This document shows positions 50,626 through 64,000 of a stretch of DNA of 64,000 nt, one piece after another. The position numbers and the translations under genes were made by a program. The DNA comes from the human T2T-CHM13v2.0 reference genome, Homo sapiens: NCBI RefSeq assembly GCF_009914755.1, contig NC_060933.1. The stretch is one strand, 5' to 3'. Positions within the stretch are counted from its first letter, which is position 1. Each line of letters begins with the position of its first letter. The notes under the pieces are model-generated. The model saw only the letters and a list, made by a program, of their open reading frames with translations, had not been told where the DNA came from and did no database searches.

Positions 50626-52759
50626 AATAACTGAAAAAAACAGGTCTAAACGAAGGTGGCCAGAAAAGTAGCTCAACTTGTTCCTGTCTGGTTAAATACA
50701 AACATAAATGAACTACTTATATGCTTCAGTGGCTTCATAATGCTGAAAGCAAAGTCAATTGTTCTAGCAGGTTCTGGAAACCTTATCATATCATGGGGTT
50801 CAATGAAAATATCAAATCATAAATAAAATAATCAAATCTGAAAGTGAATCTTGTTTCAAAGACCTCAGAAGCCACTGTGTCGGAAGCTCTTTTCAAATAC
50901 AGACAAGGGATTATTTGACTCCTTATCTCTGTTGTCTAGCACAATGTCCAGAACACAACAGATATTCCATATGCACAGTCACATCCTATGTATGTGTATT
51001 TCTTTTCCAGCAAGGACTAGAGGTCCTAAGCTTTATTTATATGGTGAGCGAGCCAGTTCCCAAATGAGCAGGAGAATCTTAGCACAGTCACCTACACACT
51101 CATTTCAATGCTCTGGCCCCTTATCCAAGCTAGTCAAAGTGTGGTCTATGGTTTTGCATTTTAAGGAGATCCCCGGGCGAATCTTGTGGCTGTCAAAGGC
51201 GGAGAAGCACTGCCGAAAAGGTGAACTAATTTATCGAGGTAGGCTGGCTATTTATTTATTTATCTTGTTGATGGGAAGATTCAAATTGACATACACAATC
51301 ACCTCCATAAAGATTTCAGGTAAAAAACAAAGGTTTAGATATCAGATGTGTTTTACAATTACCACACCACTCTTTACTACAGCATCCAGTAGCACATTTC
51401 CAATAGACTTAGGTGAAAATTTCTAACTCATGAGCCTTCTGTCAGTACTTTTAAAATTGGATACTCAATAAATAGTGGCCAAATTGAATCTCTTACAGGC
51501 ATCTCACTCAAACTGCAGTCATACTTTCCAATAGGCCCCATAAAAATCCTTGTTCTGGAGCAATCTAATATATTTATCCACCTCTTTAGACACTTAGGTA
51601 AGTATAATAATACAAGTTTGTGTGTGTGTGTGTGTATTGTGTACCTTGTGGCCTCTTGCCCAGTTTCTGCAACACCTGAAGCTGAGGCAAGTTTAATGTA
51701 AATAACGTCCAGCAATGTTAGAAATGTTGACTTTTATGTGTCCATCAGGAAAAAAGGATGAATGTTATTGTAGAGGAAATTTTCATTCTGGAAAAAATGC
51801 ATACTGTTTGAATATTACTTTCATGCTTTCCACAGATATTATACACAGATATTATATTCCAAGGGTTATGTTTCAAAGTCATCAAAAATAGAAAATACCT
51901 TTTATATTTCTAGCTGAAAATAATAACAGTGATTAGCCTACCTTTGGAGAAATGTGATAAAAATACTAATGACCATCACAACTGATTAAAAGCATAAAAT
52001 GTGCAATGATTTAAACTACATGTTCTTTATATGAATTATATGCATAGAAATATAGACACATTTGATAAATTCTATTTAAAGTCTGAGTGCTTTGGTAAAT
52101 GATTCAGTCATCTGTAGATTGAAGGGATTACTTTTATCTGCCTTCATAGTGAGAATTAGATTTCTATTCTTTATAAAGCAGGGAATATAGATTGTGCATG
52201 GAGTAAAAGCATTCACTCATTATTAATAATGATGGTAGCGGCGCTGCAGAGGAGAAAGCCTGTCAGAGTAACGTATTCAGTTTTACATCATAATCAGAGT
52301 GTGTCGATCTCTGCTGAAGGCAGAATTAAAAAGCCCTTCAACATTTTTTAAATAATAGATGAAAAACATATCAGAGTCACTTTTAAAAATTTGAATTGAC
52401 GATTCCACATAACAGGAAAAGGACCAAGAACATCTTAAAGAAATACTTCACGATGAAAGTGATGTTTTAAGTGCAATTTCATCAAGGAGAAGTTTTTCCA
52501 GAAAGTCTTTTGACCTCAGGAAGAATCTCATTAGTTTACTCTGGTAAATAGTTTCTAGTAAAATGAGAAAGAGTTGACTTTTTAAAAACAATAAAAAATT
52601 TACACGGTTTAATCTCATGTTGTGATTTCGAAAGTGCTGCTTGGGCCCTCATAGTTATGCATGTGTATTTATACGCATTTTCTTGGCTCACTCAAACGCC
52701 AATAAAATACTTTACTATCCAGGCTCCTTAAAAGCCAAATTAATTTCTAAAAGTGAGGA

Positions 52760-54660
52760 TTGTATGTATTCTGTGAGGTGTGTGCAGGTGTATGCATGAT
52801 ATGTGTGTGTGGTCTGTGTGTGTAGTAGGTACACAGGGTATGTATATGTGTGTGTGGAGTGTATTGTGGGTGTTATGTGTGTATACTGTGTGTAGTATGT
52901 GGGTGGTGCATGGTGTGTATATGTGCTGTGTTTGTGGTGTATGTGTGTTTGGTGTGTATGTGTACTATATGTGATGTGTGCATGTGATATGTGTGTGGTG
53001 TATGTGATGTGTGTGTTTTGTGTGTGTATGATGCTGTGTGTGTGCAGTGTGTGTAGTGTTTGATGTGTGCTTGATGTGTTTGTAGAATGTGTGTGTGGTG
53101 TGGTGTATGTATGTGAGGTATGTGTTTGCTCTATGTGTGTGGCACTGTATGTACGTGTGCAGTGTGTGGGGAGTATGTGTGGGGTGTGTGGTGTGTGTGG
53201 GGAGTATGTATGGGGTGTGTGATGTGTGTGGTGCTGTATGTGTGTGATGTATGTGTAGTAGATTCGTGTGTGGTGTGGGGGTATGTGCACGGGTACATGT
53301 ACTGTGTGGTGTGTGTGATGTCTGTGGGGGGGTGTGTGTGCACATGATGTGTACACAGTGTGTGTGGTGTCAGAGGTATGCATGTGTGCACATCGTGTGT
53401 GTACAGTGTGTGGGGTGTGTGCATGTATACATGGTGTGGGTGCAGTGTGGTGTCTGTGTGTGGTGTCTGGGGTGTGTGTGCATGTGCACATGGTGTGTGT
53501 GTATGGTGTGTGCGTGTATACATGGTGTGTGTGCAGTGTGTGGTGTCTGTGGTGTCTAGGGTGTGTGTGCGTGTGCACATGGTGTGGTGTGTGCAATGTG
53601 TGGTGTCTGTGTGCAGGGTGTGTGTGCATGTGTACATGGTGTGTGTGTATACATGGTGTGCTGTGTGCAGTGTGTGTGGTGTCTGTGGGTGGTGTCTGTG
53701 TGGGGTGTGTGCATGTGTACATGGTGTGTGTGCAGTGTGTGGTGTGTGTGTACGTGTGCACATGGTGTGTGTGCAGTGTGGGGTGTGTGCAGTGCGTGTG
53801 GTGTCTTGGTTGTGTGTGCAGTGTGGTGTCTGAGGGGTGTGTGTGCACGTGCATGGTGTGTGGTGTGTGTGTGTGTACATGGTGTGTGTGCCGTGTGTGT
53901 GGTGCTTCTGCATGTGGGGTGTGCATGTGCACATGACGTGGTATGTGCAGTGTGGTGTGTATGTGGGTGTGTGTGTGTGTGCACATGCCATGTGTGTAGT
54001 GTGGTTGCTGTGTGCAGTGTGTGGTGTCTGGGGTGTGCATGTGCACATGGCGTGTGTGGTGTGTGTGGTGTATGGGGTGTGTGTGTGCACATGGTGTGTG
54101 TGTGCAGTGTGTGTGGTGTCTGGGGTGCATGTGTGCACATGGAGTGGTGTGTGTAGTGTGTGTGATGTCTGGGGTGTGCATATGCACATGGTGTGTGTGC
54201 AGTGTGTGTGGTGTCTGTGGGGTGTGTGTGTGCACTTGGTGTGTGTACTGTGTGTGGTATATGTGTGTGGGGTGTGTGTGTGCACATGGTGTGTGTGCAG
54301 TGTGTTTGTGTGCAGTGTGTGCATGTGCATATGGTGTGTGTGCAGTGTGTGGTGTCTGTGGTGTGTGTGTGCACATGGTGTGTATGCAGTGTGTGTGGTG
54401 TGTGTGTGGGGTGTGTGCACATAGTGTGGTGTGTGCAGTGTGTGTGGTGTCTATGTGTGGTGTGTGTGCAGTGTGGTGTCTGTATGGGGTGTATGCATGT
54501 GCACATGGTGTGTGTGCAGTAGGTGTGTTTGTGGGGTGTGGGCAGTGTGTATGGGGTGTGTGTGTGCATGCGCACATGGTGTGTGTGCTGTTTGTGTGGT
54601 GTCTGTGTGTGGGGTGTGTGTGCATGTGCACATGGTGTGGTGTGTGCAGTGTGTGTGTTA
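52760..54660. repeat. Complex (TG)n low-complexity tract, ~1.9 kb
   Basis: TG-dominated, with recurrent tgcacatggtg / gtgcagtgtg / ggtgtct motifs. Confidence 0.97.
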
Positions 54661-56517
54661 TGAGTGACTGCTTTTAGCATGTGGACATCAGTCTTCCAGA
54701 CCAGCTTTCTCCATGTGTCTGGGAACATAAGAAACAAGTTTCTGCAATAATTGTTACACAGCTTTTCCAGAGAGGGACCAAATCTCTGTCGTGAGTGGGT
54801 ATCTGCATCATTTCGCAGGAGGGAATGTGATGTCCTGGCTTGGCTCACACCCTCTGTGGGTTTAGGCACGGGTTCCTGCTGGATCCCTCACTGTGGCCAG
54901 AGAGGGAGGGCTCTGTTTCACCACAGGGCACCAGAAGAGGACTGGTGCGTGGGAAGACCAGGTAATCATAATGCTATTAATAATAGCAGTAATCATATTG
55001 TTTTATACATTGTATATGTCATAAGGATTTTAACTTTCATGTAACATAATTGCTGTAAAAGTTTCCCCAGTTTGTTTTGTGCTATTTACCTGGTGTTAAA
55101 ATGTTTAAGAATTTACATATTAGGTACGTTAGGTTTATTCCTTTTTATATGGTTTCTGTTTGAAATTTTGGTTTTAGAAGACATTCATTCTCAAGGTCAT
55201 AAAACACACACATCTAATTTTCTTTTTTCTCTCTCTTTTTTTTTTACATTTAATACTGGAATTAACTTTTATGTAAGGTGTAGGACCATGATTCAATTCT
55301 GTCATTTTATATTCTGAAATCATTACCCAATATTTTAATACCACAAATGGAACAATCGCTCTGTTTTGTGGGTTTAAAATGTTACCCTGTTACTAGATAA
55401 AATTACACTCAATTTCTGTGTTTTTAATTCTCTTTCATTAATGTGTTTATTTTTGTGCCATTTCAAATTTGTTTAATTTTGGATAGTGATAATAATCTTA
55501 AATATCTTATAGTAAATTTTATAATAATGGCTCTCATTGTATGTGTGTGTTCAATATATGGATTTAAAATCACATGTTCTTGTTCGAAAATATTTTTCTT
55601 GGAATTTTTATTGGAATTTGAGCATATTTTTAAATGATTTACAGCCAACTAAAGAGTTAATATTATTGAGTCCTGTCATCCAGAATGTGACATGCAAATT
55701 CCTCAGACCTCCTTTAATGCCATTTAGTCAGAATTAATATGTTAAATCAATATAAATTAGTATAAATGAGTATAACTAATGATTAAAATAAATTAATGTG
55801 TTTGGCTCCACATTTCTGTCTTCTGCCTTCTATCACTGATGTTTTATTCCTATCCTTGTTGTTTTCTATAGTTTCTTTTATTATGTCTTTTTCTGTCTTG
55901 TGATTTGAAAACTATATGACACATTGTAATGTTTTAATTTTTCTAATTTTTTGCTTTTAATTTTAACTAATTTTATTTTTTAGAGAAGTGCAGGTTCACA
56001 GCTAAACGTAGCAGAGAGTACAGACTTCTCATATGTCCCTTTCCCCACACACAGCCTCCCCACTACAGCTTCCTGCCTCACAGGAGCACACCTGTGACAA
56101 CCAGGAACCTACCTTGATCCTTCATTATCACTCAAAGCTTACAGTGCACATTCACGTTTACTCTTCACGTTGTACGTTCTGAGTCTTGACAAAAGTATAA
56201 TGGCAACGGGATATTATTCACTGCTAACAGGAGATGAACTATCAAGCCACAAAAAAATACATGGAGGAAACTTAAATGCATATTGCTAAAAGAAGAAGCC
56301 AATCCGAAAAGTCTACGTACTGTTCGATTCCAATTATATGACGTTCTGGAAACGGTGAAACTATGGGATCAGTAGAAAGATCAGTGGTTGCCATGGACCA
56401 AGGGGAAGGAAGAGATGGATACACAGAGCACAGAGAATCTTCACGGCAGTAAAACCATTCTGTATGATACTATAATGGTAGATATATACATTTGTAAAAA
56501 TCTATCTTAACTTTTAA

Positions 56518-56816
<299 letters not shown>

Positions 56817-56840
56817 GTTTTGTTTTAAGAACTGCAGACA

Positions 56841-57142
56841 AGCTGGGTGCAGTTGCTCAAGCCTGTAATGTCTGCATTTTGGGAGGCTGAAGTGGCTGGA
56901 TTGCCTGAGCCCCAGAGTTCAAGACCAGGTGGGCAACATAGTGAGATCCCGTCTCTACAAAAAAAGTATTTAAAAAAAAATAGCTAGGCATAGTGCTGCA
57001 TGCCTGTAGTCCAAGCTACTCAGGAGGCTGTGGTAGAAAAATCACTTGACCCAGCAGTTTGAGGCTGCAGTGAGCTATGATCATGCCACTGCACTCTGGC
57101 CTAGGCGACAGAGCGAAACCCCATCTCAAAACAAAGAACAAC
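56841..57142 (+). mobile_element. AluJ
   Basis: Sense Alu, head-to-head with the previous one. Confidence 0.85.
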
Positions 57143-57152
57143 CAAAAACCTA

Positions 57153-59180
<2,028 letters not shown>

Positions 59181-59936
59181 CACCCCTGGTGGGTGTCACC
59201 CTCCTCCCTCCTCTATCGGGTTCACCTACACCGGGGCGTGGGGAACGTCGCTTCCTGCACCCCACATGCCCTGCGCTCCTGGGGCTCTCCCACAGGGGGC
59301 TTTCGTGAGCCAGGAAGCAAGGGTCATCCCCCTGCTCCAGCCCAGCCAGGCTGCACAGGCAGAAGGACTCTCCCAACCTGCCCGAGCATGCGGGGCTTTG
59401 TGTTCACTGTCCTGGCCCCTCCCTCCGAAACTGGGGCTCTCCCATCCTCAGACTCCCTGGTGGCCTCCGAACCCCAACAAATGACAGGAAGACCAGAACC
59501 CACAGCGCGACGGCCTGCTGGGCGCGTGCTCAGTGGGACAGCTTGGGGCCCCTCAAGCTGAGTCACAGGGGAAAGGTGTGCTTGCACCACCCACGTCCCA
59601 CCGGAGTCCGTGGTGGGGCTGGAGCCCCAGGTCGCCAGGGCGGCATGGGAACCCGAAGACGGGGCACCTTCACCTCCCGAGCTCGTGACCCCGGAGGCCT
59701 CCGCGTCAAGCGCAGATGCCAGCCAACCGGGCACCTCCCAACCGCTCCAGGAGCCGGGGCTCTCGTCTGCACTCACCTCCAGCCTGTTAGATGAGCTCCT
59801 GTCAACCCCAGAGTTTCAGCAAAAGGCACAACCTTTCCTAGATCCGGCGCCACTGGGGGAGCTGAAGGACGTGGAAGAGCCCGCTTTGCTGGAACCACTC
59901 CTCAGACAGGAAGAACACAGGGCTCTGCTGGAGGAG
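59181..59936 (+). pseudogene. DUX4-like pseudogene fragment: C-terminal half only, no homeoboxes
   Basis: Frames give [28 protein letters not shown], then PQVARAAWEP...LLDELLSTPEFQQKAQPFL...EEHRALLEE, homologous to the DUX4 C-terminus. Frameshifted. Confidence 0.93.
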
Positions 59937-61410
59937 CAGGTTGGGGCGGGTTTGGGGCAGGGTGGGGGCAGGGTGGGGGCAGGGCGGCGGCCTCTCTTTT
60001 GCAGTGAACCTCAGGCTTGGTATGGAGAGGCGTGTCTTCCCTTCCAGCTGACCTCCCTAGGATCCCTGAGTTCCAGGTCCAGCGAGAGACTCCACACAGA
60101 GTAGGGCTGTCAACAATGAAAAGAAAGCATTCCTGAGCATCCCGGGGATCCCAGGGCCGGTCCAGGTACAGGGAGGTGGGCTGTCTACTGCGCATGCGCG
60201 GGTTTCCAGGCAGCAGCCTAGTCTTCTAACTAGCCCAGGCGGAGCTCTCCTCCCTTTCCCCCCCGCGTTCTTCAATCGGGTTGGCGGAGACCTCAGTCCG
60301 CGAAACACTGGGCCGGGGCAGAATCCAGGCCAGTTCTCCTTTCTGTGGCTCAACTCCTCCGCCTCTTCGCTCACCATCACTTGCCAACCCGTGTCCCGCC
60401 AGCCTCCTCGCCAGCACCATAGAGCGCCTTACAACTAAATAAAGACCCGAGACCTCGCGCAAACCAGGGTGCTGCCCTTTCCAGGCAAGAGGGAAGGCAG
60501 GCAGAGATGAGGACAGGAACAGAGACAGAGTGAGATGGAAGGATGGAGCTAGGCAAGGATGGGTGGAAGGAGGGACCCCGGAAGGGAGAGAAAGAGGGAG
60601 GGAGGGAGAAAGGGAGGAAAAAGCCAGGGGAGGGAGGGTAGAACAGATGGAAGGATGGACGGAGAGACAAAAGGAGCAAGAAACAGAGAACAGAAGGCAG
60701 AGACAAAAAATGTCTTATGCCTCCAGAACCAACAGGACCCAGAACTCCGGGAATATGTTGGGTGCCCAGTACAGGCTGAGTGCTGGGCCCACAGCCCCGT
60801 TGGCCGGCGGGGCGCTCAGCGGCCCTCTGGATCACCAGCCTGGGTTACTTCATCCCGGAGCAATTCAGACCAATTCCGTTTCCGAAGGAATGAGCGAATT
60901 CCCCAGAGAGCAATGAGCCGAGACTCAGGTAGTTGTCTGTTTTTCATCCACATGGTTCACAGATGACATATCCCCACGTTGAGCCCTGCAACAGAGCTCG
61001 AGGCAGATAGTCCCATCCACACAGGAGTCACACCCAGGCCAACTGAAGCGTGATTCTGGATTCCACGTTTCTTTGCCCTCTGTAAAGGTGCCTGTTGCTC
61101 AAGTTTCTGCCCCCCGAAAGCGTGACCATGTTGACTGTTTGTTTCGCGAGCTCTGTGGGGCCCCAGAAACTTCCAGGAATGCGTGGAAGACCAGCATCGT
61201 GTCGGTGCTCTCCTTTCCAGTTTTCAAACAGGCTATATTGGAGACTCCACATTGTACAGGAAACAGGAATCCATTGTCAGGCCGTGATGCACGGGATGTT
61301 TCTTTTCTCTGTGGTTTCGCTCTCGTTGTCTACGTGAAAATGAACGAGATGAACACACCTGCGTGTGTGAGACTATCACGGCAACTGTGACACCCAGGCG
61401 TTGGCAATAG
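59181..61410 (+). repeat. Diverged partial D4Z4-like macrosatellite unit
   Basis: After the DUX part: gagagactccacac, catcccggggatccca..ccaggtac (KpnI-site position, 60165), a GA-rich tract, and tacgtgaaaatgaacgag..cctgcgtgtg.gagac matching recalled D4Z4 sequence. Confidence 0.85.
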
Positions 61411-62043
61411 AGTTGGCAGCCTGATCCTGGGACAAAGGTACTGATGGACATCCAGACACACCCCACCACAGTCACTAGCAAACCGACTCCCAAACACACA
61501 GACACACACGGGCGCACACGCGGGAACACAAGCACACACACAGACACACAAAGACAGACAGCTTGAAGGAGAGCAAGGGACAGAGGGATGAGAGATAGAA
61601 ACGGAAGGAGAGAAACAGCGATGGAGAGAGACACAGAGAGGAACCAGGGAGATTGAGAGAGAGAGAGAGAGAGCAAGGTGGAGAGGGAAGTAGGGAAAGG
61701 GAAAGGGTGAGGGAGCTTGAGAGGGAGAGCAACAGAGCCTTGGAGAGGGAGGCTCTATCTGGTAGACAGGGGCCCCTTTGGCCAGGGTAGGGTGGAGGGT
61801 GCCTGGGCTGGGCTGGAACAGGGGGGCAGGGCCTCCCACTCGGGAAAACCAACGGAGCCCTGAGACATGTTTTTACTTGGATTTGTTGGTTGCTTTGGGG
61901 GTGCTTTTCGTAGCGTCATTCCTTTGTTGGCTCCTCCCTGTCCTCTTGGTGCTGTGGGCCCTGAAAGTTGTAGAGTGCGCCCCTCACTGTGGCAGAAGCA
62001 GTGGCGCTGAACGTGCCCACGGGCCGCAGCTTGGGTCTCTCTC

Positions 62044-62069
62044 GTTTTCCAGGTGGTATGGCCGTAGAC
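62044..62069 (-). pseudogene. 5S rRNA pseudogene, 5' stub only
   Basis: The reverse complement gtctacggccataccacc equals 5S rRNA nt 1-18. It is preceded by a D-box-like ggctcttgggcc (62090-62101). Confidence 0.85.
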
Positions 62070-62912
62070 AATGGCAGTGGCGCCTGGCTGGCCCAAGAGC
62101 CCAGTCCAGCTACGCCTGCCTGATTCCAGGCGTCACCACCAACCCGGGAGCGCGAGGCTGGGATCAGGCACCCCGGAGCCGCTTGCCTGTGGCCCGGCTG
62201 CTCTCCCCCTCTACGCCCAAGCACCACCATCGCCACGCTGCGCTTTTCGCCGACCTCCCAGAGCGTCCCGATGTCGCCGGCGGCCAGACCATGCGCGAGA
62301 CAGCCCAGGCGCCAGAGGCCTCCATCCCCTGCCAGGGCTCTGGACTCTCCAGGCGGCCACCCTCTCGCTGAGACTCCAGGCCTTCCCCAGGCTCTTGAGC
62401 TCCCGAGCTTCCAACACCTGGGGCCCGCTTAGGACGGGGTGTGCTCCGAGGCGTCAGGGCCCAGGGCCCGCGGTCCTGGGGTCCCCTCCGGTCCTCCGCC
62501 TTGCCGCGGAAAAATTATTTTGGATTCCTCGCCGCCCCTCCTGCAAGGCCCCCTCTTGCCCCACACACCCAGAGCCGCCAGGGCTGCCCAGGGGCGAACG
62601 GCCGGCCCAGCCCCACGGGCCCTTTTTCTCACAATGCTCACACCATCGTCGCTTGTTCTGACGGGGACCCGCCATGGCCAAAGGGGCAAGAAGGCTCTGC
62701 TTTGCCCCGCCCTGGCACTAGAGCCCCGGCAGCCTCATCCTGAGAAAGAGGGGCTGACGGACACCCAGACACACCCCACCACTACCACGAGCAAACCCAC
62801 CCTGACACACACACGGATACACACGGGTGCACGCGGGCAGACACACACACACACACACCACACCCGGGCACACACACACGGACACACAAAGACAGACGCA
62901 GATAGCTTGAAG

Positions 62913-63367
62913 GGAGACCACCCCTCATATTGTCTTATGCCCAATTTCTGCCTCCAAAGAAAGAAGAAGTAAAATCTAAAAGGCAGAAATGAAATCCACA
63001 AGCAGACAGCCCCGCACCACACCCTGGGCCTGGTAGTTAAAGATCGACCCCTGACCTACTCGGTTATGTTATCTATAGATTACAGACATTGTATAGAAAA
63101 GCACTGTGAAAATCCCTGTCCTGTTTTATTCTGATCTAATTACCTGTGCATGCAGCCCCCAGTCACGTACCCTCTGCTTCCTCAATCCATCACGACCCTC
63201 TCACGCGGACCCCCTTAGAGTTGTAAGCCCTTAAGAGGGACAGGAATTGCTCACTAGGAGAGCTCAGTTTTTGGAGACGTGAGTCTGCTGATGCTCCCAG
63301 CTGAATAAAGCCCTTCCTTCTACAACTCGGTGTCTGAGGGGTTTTGTCTGCAGCTCCTCCTGCTACA
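62913..63367 (+). mobile_element. LTR2-family (HERV-E/Harlequin) solo LTR
   Basis: ggagaccacccctcatattgtcttatgccc...aataaa...cctgctaca. TSD gaag at 62909-62912 and 63368-63371. Confidence 0.92.
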
Positions 63368-64000
63368 GAAGGAAAGCAAAGGAGAGAGGGATGGAGAAAT
63401 AGAACCAGAGGGAGAGAGAGAGACAGCGATAGAGAGAGAGAGAGAGATAGAAAAGGGGGGAGGAGAGAGAGAGGGGGGAAGAGAGAGCACCACAGTAGAG
63501 CACGAGGTGGAGGGGGAAGTAGAGAAAGGGAGAGGGTGAGGGAGTTGTGGAGCGACAGCGACAGAGCCTTGGAGAGGGAGGCTCTGCTCAGGTAGACAGG
63601 GCACCTTTCAGCAGGCCGGGGTGGGGTGCAGGGTTCTTGGGCCGGGCTAGAACAGGGGGTCAGGGCCCCCCAGCCAGGAAAACCAATGGAGCCCTGAGAC
63701 GTGTTTTTTTTTCTTGGATTGGTTGGTTGCTTTGGGGGTGTGTTTCATAAGGTCCTTCGTTTGCTTCTTTCTGTCTCCTTGATGCGATGGGCCCCGAGAT
63801 TTGTAGAGTGTGCTCCTGTGTCTGGCGGGAGCCGTGGCGCCGAGCCTGTCCACGGGGCGAGGCCTGGGTCTCTCTCCTGTCCTCCGGACTGGAGTTTACA
63901 CGAAGTCGGTGGCATTGGGAAACAGGGTGCACAGGGACGGTTTTCCTCGTGGCTGGCGAAGAAAATGTCCTTCCTCTGGGGAAAGCAGCCCTCGGGTTCT

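Larger units (their letters stand above)
61411..64000 (-). repeat. Two tandem degenerate 5S rDNA repeat-unit derivatives (spacer sequence)
   Basis: Repeated blocks: gacacaccccaccac (61455/62768), CA and GA tracts, ggaaaacca..ggagccctgagac. The 5S upstream flank is present. Confidence 0.8.

Noticed and set aside
52715-54869. Long His/Thr- and Val/Cys-rich ORFs (up to 638 aa)
   Set aside because: Artefacts of the (TG/CA)n tract, which is open in most frames.
54880-54966. Possible small exon ending ccag|gtaatc
   Set aside because: Only a donor-like motif; no supporting homology.
61755-63022. 150-197-aa ORFs in the 5S spacer region
   Set aside because: GC-rich repeat-derived frames with no recognisable domain.

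Overview
Primate (human/hominoid-like) genomic DNA from an FRG1 segmental-duplication block. It contains a complete 9-exon unprocessed FRG1 pseudogene on the + strand (~17.0-44.6 kb) with its CpG-island promoter retained. The gene is disabled by stop codons, frameshifts and apparently lost splice sites. Intron 2 carries a young 5'-inverted L1PA2/3-type insertion. Downstream lie an internal L1 fragment flanked by a TSD, a 75-bp minisatellite, a 1.9-kb complex (TG)n tract and a Tigger1 remnant. The Tigger1 is fused to a homeobox-less D4Z4/DUX4-like partial unit, which is fused in turn to two degenerate tandem 5S rDNA units, one holding an LTR2 solo LTR. The rest is Alu/L1/MIR/MaLR/MER repeats. 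No intact protein-coding gene is present and I found no new multi-gene system. The most unusual signals are short locally templated insertions, especially a 54-bp inverted copy of the L1's own target-site flank inside the L1 body. Family assignments come from recalled consensus sequences, not from a database search.
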